Source of the DNA: an archaeon
Lineage (GTDB): Archaea; Nanobdellota; Nanobdellia; Woesearchaeales; UBA9642
Assembly (NCBI GenBank): GCA_043806035.1
Contig: JAZDHK010000030.1
Location: 1 to 29,308 of the forward strand
Direction of reading: 5' to 3'
DNA length: 29,308 nucleotides
Part shown: piece after piece, positions 1 through 5,690 of the stretch
Position numbering within the stretch: the first letter of the stretch is position 1
How the letters are laid out: the number at the start of each line of letters is the position of its first letter
Notes under the pieces: generated by a model
Told to the model about the DNA's origin: nothing
Databases searched by the model: none
Seen by the model: only the letters and a program-made list of their open reading frames with translations
Translations under genes and position numbers: made by a program

Positions 1-144
1 GATCCTGCCTCTTATTACATCAAATGAAAAAAATTTCTGGCCATAATGAGCTACCGCCGCGGCCTTCGCCTGGCGATGCGCCTTTGGTTTTTCTATCAAT
101 TTCAACAACTGTTTTTCCGGAGTGACCGGTGTCGCTTGTGCCAT
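1..144 (-). CDS. Partial ORF running off the window edge (MAQATPVTPEKQLLKLIEKPKAHRQAKAAAVAHYGQKFFSFDVIRGRI...), hypothetical protein
   Basis: ATG at 144-142 followed by 48 sense codons to position 1; protein-like sequence; not in the supplied ORF track because it has no stop in the window. Confidence 0.45.
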   Translation of the reverse strand, partial: MAQATPVTPEKQLLKLIEKPKAHRQAKAAAVAHYGQKFFSFDVIRGRI

Positions 145-356
145 ATTTTCTTAGTCACCTGTATAATTTCAGTCTTAATTAGATTTGGTAAAATTAATTT
201 TAGTGTAGAGTATCCGACGTTAGCCTGTTTACTAATTTCATTCATACTCCATGCTTCTCTATCATTTTCTATTAAGTAATCAATAACTCTATTAATGGGC
301 GAATCCCCCAAAACAAGAAGGAAGGATGGCTTAGTTTCAAGCATCACTTCAGACAT
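102..356 (-). CDS. Small winged-helix DNA-binding protein, apparently truncated or with a replaced C-terminus after ...QVTKKI
   Basis: LGDSPINRVIDYLIE...WSMNEISKQANVGYSTLKLILPNL is an HTH pattern typical of small archaeal regulators; ATG at 356 follows GAAGGTG; the wing strand degenerates at about 144. Confidence 0.6.
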   Translation of the reverse strand: MSEVMLETKPSFLLVLGDSPINRVIDYLIENDREAWSMNEISKQANVGYSTLKLILPNLIKTEIIQVTKKIWHKRHRSLRKNSC

Positions 357-400
357 AAAATACACCTTCCATTTATTTAATAAATCACGTGTGCTCCAAA

Positions 401-658
401 TCAGTGCACTAAATCTTTTATTTCACGATATTTTTTCAGGTTGAGTGCTAATGCCCCTTTGGATTTTTTGATCCAGACAATCAGACCAAGCCTCACTAGT
501 TTTTCCACCGATGTTCTAATTTTGTTCCTTTCGTGTGGTTTCCAACCACAATGCGCCAATGTCGTCAACCGCATATGGTGCGGTTTTCGTGAGTTTATTA
601 CTCGTCTCGAAAAAAGTTTTTCGAGAACTGCTTTATCGACCGTATCGATGTTTTCCAT
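401..658 (-). CDS. Small basic wHTH-like hypothetical protein (85 aa)
   Basis: Own BRE/TATA upstream and GGAGG; pattern ...KIRTSVEKLVRLGLIVW...LALN...EI resembles small archaeal winged-helix proteins. Confidence 0.6.
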   Translation of the reverse strand: MENIDTVDKAVLEKLFSRRVINSRKPHHMRLTTLAHCGWKPHERNKIRTSVEKLVRLGLIVWIKKSKGALALNLKKYREIKDLVH

Positions 659-729
659 GCCACGTCATTCCTCCTTTCTTTCATCGAACACCCCCAGCAG
701 TTCAACTACAAATTCTGTATAACAACAAA

Positions 730-743
730 TATATAAAACTTTC
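730..743 (-). promoter_or_regulatory. Archaeal BRE + TATA box for the 658 gene
   Basis: Minus strand GAAAGTTTTATATA upstream of the ORF starting at 658. Confidence 0.6.
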
Positions 744-780
744 TATTTTTAGCTGAGAATGGCTATAAATTATCAATATT

Positions 781-1620
781 TTATTTCCTCTTCCACATCC
801 TGAACGCTTCCATGAACTCTTCTAGCTCGACGTTCTGCTCTTCCTCAAAGACGGATTTCATCGACTTATGTACTTCCTTCGGGTCGTTGTGTATGTAGAC
901 TTGGGTACTTTTGAAGTCGAGGTGTCGGGCTAGTTTCTGCGTATGTATGGGATTCTTCGTCTTGGCATAAACCCGAGTTATGAAATAATGACGCAGGCTG
1001 TGCGTCGTTAAGCGGTGCAGTTTTCGTTGCGCTCTGTCTGGGTCTGTCTCTTGGCTTGTCCCGTAGGTGTCAGCTATTCCTATCTTCTCCGTCGTTTCTC
1101 TGAACTCCTTTCTGAGCCAGTGAGGACTTATGCACTTCCTGTCCTTTTGACAGCTAAAGAAGACATAACCGTCGCTGTCTGCTATCTTTTGCCTGTTCCG
1201 TTCCACCCATTCGTAGAGGTCTGCCCGTATCTTGTCGTGGATATAGAGTGCATCTAACGTCCTTGCCTTCTCTGTCCGTATGTATATTATATTACGTTGT
1301 GGGTCGATATCTTCCATTTTCATGTCCACAACTTCGCCCACTCGCAAGCCCAGAAATGCCATAGCTCTGAACGCCAATAGAGCCTTTTTGTTCGCACAAT
1401 TCGCAAAGAACAGGTCTAGCTCCTTCTGAGAGAAAGCCTTGCTTAACGTGCCATATTTGGGCTTTCCCGACCTGCCATACTTTCTTCTAGCCACATCCGA
1501 AAGAGTTTTTATCGCTTCTTCCAGCTCATGCTTAGTCAGGGAGTACACGTCCCGTCTGGGCGTATCTGAACCCAACAAAGCGGACATTCCACCGTCTATA
1601 ACGTTACTCCCGTCGACCAA
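781..1620 (-). CDS. Tyrosine recombinase/integrase, essentially catalytic domain only (alternative start ATG at 1587)
   Basis: Full catalytic set: GLRVGE (R), TEKART (K), HSLR (HxxR), ARH (H), STQVY (Y); lies immediately 3' of a tRNA gene. Confidence 0.92.
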   Translation of the reverse strand: MVDGSNVIDGGMSALLGSDTPRRDVYSLTKHELEEAIKTLSDVARRKYGRSGKPKYGTLSKAFSQKELDLFFANCANKKALLAFRAMAFLGLRVGEVVDMKMEDIDPQRNIIYIRTEKARTLDALYIHDKIRADLYEWVERNRQKIADSDGYVFFSCQKDRKCISPHWLRKEFRETTEKIGIADTYGTSQETDPDRAQRKLHRLTTHSLRHYFITRVYAKTKNPIHTQKLARHLDFKSTQVYIHNDPKEVHKSMKSVFEEEQNVELEEFMEAFRMWKRK

Positions 1621-1629
1621 AGAAAAGAA
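1619..1629 (-). terminator. Oligo-T terminator after tRNA-Trp
   Basis: TTCTTTTCTTT directly follows discriminator A73 on the minus strand. Confidence 0.5.
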
Positions 1630-1769
1630 TGGGGATGCAGGGATTTGAACCCTGATTCTGCGGTATCTTCATCCTTCACGGATATATACTAACACTTCTC
1701 TCATCGGCCGAAGCCTCGACGCTCCAGTTGCTGGAGCCGCATGTCCTAGCCTGGTTAGACTACATCCCC
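1630..1769 (-). tRNA. trnW: tRNA-Trp(CCA) with a 66-nt intron at 37/38 (exons 1769-1731 and 1664-1630); CCA end not encoded
   Basis: Acceptor GGGGATG/CATCCCC-A; D stem GTCT/GGAC; anticodon stem TGCGG/CCGCA with loop CT-CCA-G|A; T arm CAGGG-TTCAAAT-CCCTG. Confidence 0.95.
1665..1730 (-). ncRNA. tRNA-Trp intron; putative circularly permuted box C/D guide RNA for Cm34
   Basis: CTGGAGC (1727-1721) is antisense to tRNA nt 31-37; D'-like TCGA (1719-1716); GGC-TTCG-GCC stem; C'-like ATGAGAG (1704-1698); D-like GTGA (1679-1676); C-like ATGAAGA (1672-1666); the D+5 rule lands on C34. Confidence 0.72.
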
Positions 1770-1796
1770 ATGCAACGTCTGAGAATCGAGGGGCAG

Positions 1797-1810
1797 TTTA
1801 AAAATATTCC
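1797..1810 (-). promoter_or_regulatory. TATA box of the tRNA-Trp gene
   Basis: Minus strand GGAATATTTTTAAA ending 27 nt before tRNA position 1. Confidence 0.6.
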
Positions 1811-1856
1811 TATGAGAGGAAGCAATGAAATACTCTGGCGTGCAGACAAACAAAAG

Positions 1857-2087
1857 TCAATTAGAACCGGGTAGATACTTCTTCTCAAGCAGCCCATTCA
1901 CGGTCTCGACGGGGTAGAGCTTGCCGAAAGGGACGGTGATGCAGTCGCTGACGTGCCTCGCATGATGGGCATGATACGGGAAGTAATGCTGCTTGCCCAA
2001 TTTCTCTTCTTCATGCAAGAGCACATCGAGATTACGCAGTTCTTTCGTTCGCCGCTGCATAAGCTGCATTGCTTCGTCAGGATTCAT
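1857..2087 (-). CDS. Small hypothetical protein (76 aa, MNPDEAMQLMQRR...)
   Basis: ATG at 2087 overlaps the TGA of the upstream gene (ATGA coupling); no recognisable motif; His-rich patch YHAHHARH. Confidence 0.55.
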   Translation of the reverse strand: MNPDEAMQLMQRRTKELRNLDVLLHEEEKLGKQHYFPYHAHHARHVSDCITVPFGKLYPVETVNGLLEKKYLPGSN

Positions 2088-4348
2088 CGTACGCGCAGCA
2101 GCCACAACAGGTAGATGCTGAGCAGGATGATCATGAACAGAGAAAGGTTTGTCCATTCACAATACGCGGTAATTCGCTGTAGGAACGTTGGAGAGGGCAC
2201 CTCTACCACTTCTAGGAGGAAATCCGTGCTGGACGTGCTTTCGGACACGACGTCCGTTGCCGTGAACGTAATGGTCTGTTTACCGTGCCAATTCCTTTCG
2301 GGGATAAGTTTTGCCGCATCCCTGTCTATGCTTGCCGTGATGTGGTCAGTCGCTGACGAAGAATACGTGAGCCTGCTGTTTTCTGGGCTGTAGAAGTAGT
2401 CGTTTAGAGATAGCGTCTTGTACTGGTTCTCATACCAGGCAATGTGCAGGGAGTCTGTTTCTGGAAGGGAAGGATACTGTAGATGAATCTTGACCATGAA
2501 TATTGCCAAGAATGCGGACAACAGCACAAAGACGACAAGCACTATCCAGAACGTCTTGAAGTACAGCCTATTCTCCTTCTTGAACTTCTTCGTCAGCCTG
2601 ATTTTTTTCATGGTGCATAAGCGCAGCACGAACAGGCAGGCGATGACGAGCAAGAGCACGTTGAAGAGCATGCAAGGATGCAGGACAAGATACTGGTATG
2701 CACGAATAAGGAAGGGTTGACGCGCAAGCCTCACTTTTACGGGCAGGTCATAGCTGTATGCATCGCTCTGGGCGTGTACCTTGACATCATACATGCCTTC
2801 TGTGCCATTGGGAGAGAAGAAGAGCAATACCTCTTTTTCCTCGTTAGGGCTGAGCGTTATCGTTGTTTCGTTCATGCTCGCCCAGGCTGGGCCGTCAAGG
2901 CTGAGGTCATAGGTTGCTGTTCTGTACGGGCCGTTCGTGAGCATGACTGACTTTTGTGAGGGATCGTATCCTATTCTGATGAGGTTTCCCTTGATGGAGA
3001 GTTGCCTGCACGCGTGTTCGGAAAGCAATTGCACGTCAAGCGTGTCACTTGTCCAAAAACCGTTTTCGAGGGAAGCATTCACGCGCAATGTGTAGTCGCC
3101 TTCAAGTTGAGGCTGGTCTTCAGTATCGACGATGAGGGTTGTGTTCTTCTCCTCCCCAGAATCGAGGATGACTTGTTCTTTCGTGAGTTCGGCAAAGGTA
3201 GGCCCTTGGAGCGTGAGTTTCACTGTTTCCGAAAAAGAACCATCATTTCGTATTAGCACGGGTAGTTCGTATGTTCCCGGGCAGGCAGTTATGCGCTCGG
3301 AAAGAATGTCCACGCGAGGATTGTAGCAGTTGCTGATCTGTGCATGGAGAGGGAGTGCTTGTTCTTTATTGAGGCTAGCGATGTGCATGGTCAGTTCATG
3401 ACCGCCTACGTCTCTGCTGTCTTCAGGATGTACTTTTACTGCGACGTGCTGTGTTTCTCCTGGTTCAAGATGCAATGCAGTGTGGTCGAGATAGAATCCG
3501 TTCTGTGTCGGTGCGTCCTGTTCTAGGGTGAAGGAGAAATCATTGGCGAAATGCAAAGGATTGTGCATATCAATCGTGTAGGTGTTTTCTTGGTTGAGAC
3601 AGACAGCAAATGTTCCATCGTGGCTAAGATCATATCCGTATTGGTCTTCGATGGTGATGTTTATGTCTTTCGTGGTTTGCAGCTTGTTTTTCTGTGCTTT
3701 TGCCGTAAACGTGAATTGCGTCTCACCATATGTTTTGCAGTCGAATGCGTATGCTATCTGGAATGTTCTGCTCTGGTTGGGCGGAAGCGATATTGGCTCA
3801 GCGGGCGTTGTTCGTGCATCATCATGGTTTGAGGTCAGCATGTACTCTTCAGGGAAAGATCCTGTGTTCTGCAGGGTTGCCTCAAAGGTGATGGGCGAGC
3901 AGGGTAGCACATAGTCCTGCACTGGCGCGATATTGAAGAGCAGGTTTTGGCATTGCTTGATGACTGCTTTTCTTTCCAACATCTTTGTTTTGCCCGTGCT
4001 CGATGCCACGATAACATGATAGTCGAGCGTTTTTTGCTGGCCGCACTCGCCACGAATGGTGAGCTGGACTAGTTTTGATTTTCCGGGCTGAAGCTCGAAT
4101 GTTCTCTCACTGACGAACACGTCATTGTCGACATTGACAGAGAATACGGAGGGGTACGTTCCCGTATTGGTCACCAAGAGCGTGTCCTGGTAGGATGTGC
4201 AGCTGCAGACGGTTGGATTGCTGCCTTCCATGGCGATGCTGAAATCTGTGCTCACACCATACAGCACGACGTCTATCCTTGCGTACGCTAGTGGAAAGAG
4301 CAAAAGTACAAAAATCGCAAGTAGTGCTGCATATCGCACACATACCAC
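2084..4348 (-). CDS. Secreted, membrane-anchored multi-Ig-fold (CARDB/NEW3-like) surface protein with three C-terminal-region TM helices
   Basis: Signal peptide (YAALLAIFVLLLFPLAYA); about five repeats of N-x-G...L-x-PGE; TM pair separated by a Lys-rich loop; cadherin-like domain; terminal TM. Confidence 0.85.
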   Translation of the reverse strand: MVCVRYAALLAIFVLLLFPLAYARIDVVLYGVSTDFSIAMEGSNPTVCSCTSYQDTLLVTNTGTYPSVFSVNVDNDVFVSERTFELQPGKSKLVQLTIRGECGQQKTLDYHVIVASSTGKTKMLERKAVIKQCQNLLFNIAPVQDYVLPCSPITFEATLQNTGSFPEEYMLTSNHDDARTTPAEPISLPPNQSRTFQIAYAFDCKTYGETQFTFTAKAQKNKLQTTKDINITIEDQYGYDLSHDGTFAVCLNQENTYTIDMHNPLHFANDFSFTLEQDAPTQNGFYLDHTALHLEPGETQHVAVKVHPEDSRDVGGHELTMHIASLNKEQALPLHAQISNCYNPRVDILSERITACPGTYELPVLIRNDGSFSETVKLTLQGPTFAELTKEQVILDSGEEKNTTLIVDTEDQPQLEGDYTLRVNASLENGFWTSDTLDVQLLSEHACRQLSIKGNLIRIGYDPSQKSVMLTNGPYRTATYDLSLDGPAWASMNETTITLSPNEEKEVLLFFSPNGTEGMYDVKVHAQSDAYSYDLPVKVRLARQPFLIRAYQYLVLHPCMLFNVLLLVIACLFVLRLCTMKKIRLTKKFKKENRLYFKTFWIVLVVFVLLSAFLAIFMVKIHLQYPSLPETDSLHIAWYENQYKTLSLNDYFYSPENSRLTYSSSATDHITASIDRDAAKLIPERNWHGKQTITFTATDVVSESTSSTDFLLEVVEVPSPTFLQRITAYCEWTNLSLFMIILLSIYLLWLLRVR

Positions 4349-4349
4349 C

Positions 4350-5612
4350 CTAATAATACGTCTGTGCCTCTTCCTTGTTGCCGCCTTCTCTGAGTTTCAT
4401 GAACCCGTAGATGAGCCCCACAAGGATGAGGATGATGACCAGGACGATGAGTGCAATCTCGAGTCCCTTACGGAGGTTATCGTTGGCTGACTTCTGACCT
4501 GGTGTTACTGTCGCAGTGAGGACAACCTGTTTTGTCTCTCCATTTGCGTCGATGCCTATGGTGAATATCTGGTCGCCTTCTGTTGCCTTGTCGTCTGCCG
4601 TGACGTACAAGTATGCTGTCTTGGTCTCGCCTGCGTTGATGACGATGAGGCTGCTCGGCTCAAGTCTGTACGTGCCCCAGCTCACGCCTGAAACGCTCAG
4701 CACGTAGGAGACTGCCTTGTTCGCGTTGTTCTTGATGATGACAGGATATGCCGTTCCTGTCGTTCCCTTTCTCACTTCGAGCTTCTGTGGAATGGTAATG
4801 GTGGTGAGCTCTTCCTCGTCAGGCGTGCTTGGCTGGTTCAGCGTGCAATCGCCGCTTGTGACAGTAATCTCAGAGGTTTGCGTGGTCTTTTCGTATTCGT
4901 CAAATTCTACGGTCATGACCACGTCGTACGTTCCTGGTTTGGTGCAGGCGGGGATGCGCAGGAGCAATTCCTCGAACGTTCGTGATTCGTCCGCTTCGAG
5001 CTCATCAAGATTCTCTGTATCAGAAACTCCTAAGTCGGGCATGGATACCTTGACCGTGATGTCTTTGAGTGTTTTATCGCCGTAATTCTTCACTTTGACG
5101 CTTCCCGTGATGGCTCTTCCTGCAATGACGCTTTCTGGTGAGAAGTGGAAGTCCTTGATCTGCACTGCGTCCTCTGTTGCAACGCCTGCGACGCGCAATT
5201 CATAGACTTGACTGATTTCCTGGCCGTCCCTATCTGCTGCCCTGATGCGCAGCTTGAAGTAGTCCGTGTCTATCTTCAAGGGTGCCTGCAGGCTCAAGCT
5301 GACGGTGTCAGAATCGTTCTCTTTGAGGTCGAATGTCCGGGAGGTGTCGGATACCTTGTCTTCTTCGTACGTCGAGTATCGATATCCGTAGATATCCGCT
5401 TCCACTTGCACATCATCAACATCAGTTAGTGCAAACACTTCGACGACGATATCGATGTCTTCCCCGCGATCGACGACAAAATTGTTGGAATGGCCGTCAG
5501 CTGGCGTGCGGTCTCTACCGTTGATTTCGACGCTAGAAATCTCGATGTTAGCGGCGCTGACAACGCCCATGAGCAAGATCAACGCACACAAAACGATGAT
5601 GCTTTTTTTCAT
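4350..5612 (-). CDS. Secreted Ig/CARDB-like domain protein with C-terminal TM anchor and acidic ...EEAQTYY tail (candidate S-layer/envelope protein)
   Basis: Signal peptide MKKSIIVLCALILLMGVVSA; three beta-sandwich domains; TM IALIVLVIILILVGLIYGF; own strong promoter. Confidence 0.85.
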   Translation of the reverse strand: MKKSIIVLCALILLMGVVSAANIEISSVEINGRDRTPADGHSNNFVVDRGEDIDIVVEVFALTDVDDVQVEADIYGYRYSTYEEDKVSDTSRTFDLKENDSDTVSLSLQAPLKIDTDYFKLRIRAADRDGQEISQVYELRVAGVATEDAVQIKDFHFSPESVIAGRAITGSVKVKNYGDKTLKDITVKVSMPDLGVSDTENLDELEADESRTFEELLLRIPACTKPGTYDVVMTVEFDEYEKTTQTSEITVTSGDCTLNQPSTPDEEELTTITIPQKLEVRKGTTGTAYPVIIKNNANKAVSYVLSVSGVSWGTYRLEPSSLIVINAGETKTAYLYVTADDKATEGDQIFTIGIDANGETKQVVLTATVTPGQKSANDNLRKGLEIALIVLVIILILVGLIYGFMKLREGGNKEEAQTYY

Positions 5613-5652
5613 AGTTCCTTACCCCCAGATTGTTCTTTTCGTAGTTCCTCGA

Positions 5653-5669
5653 TATTTATAAAACTTTCG
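5653..5669 (-). promoter_or_regulatory. Consensus BRE + TATA promoter for the 5612 gene
   Basis: Minus strand CGAAAGTTTTATAAATA, followed by GGGGGTAAGG before the ATG. Confidence 0.75.
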
Positions 5670-5690
5670 TAAATAACCATTATGGAGTGA

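Larger units (their letters stand above)
145..1629. mobile_element. End of a probable tRNA-Trp-integrated element or its remnant; left boundary uncertain
   Basis: Integrase abuts the tRNA 3' end; 145-780 is visibly more AT-rich and holds small regulators; no second att copy seen in the window. Confidence 0.55.

Noticed and set aside
781-1620. Housekeeping XerA
   Set aside because: No room for the N-terminal core-binding domain, and the position at a tRNA 3' end favours a mobile-element integrase
1857-2156. Possible frameshifted continuation of the 754-aa protein
   Set aside because: The 754-aa protein ends cleanly in a TM plus basic residues, and an ATGA-coupled start at 2087 explains the small ORF
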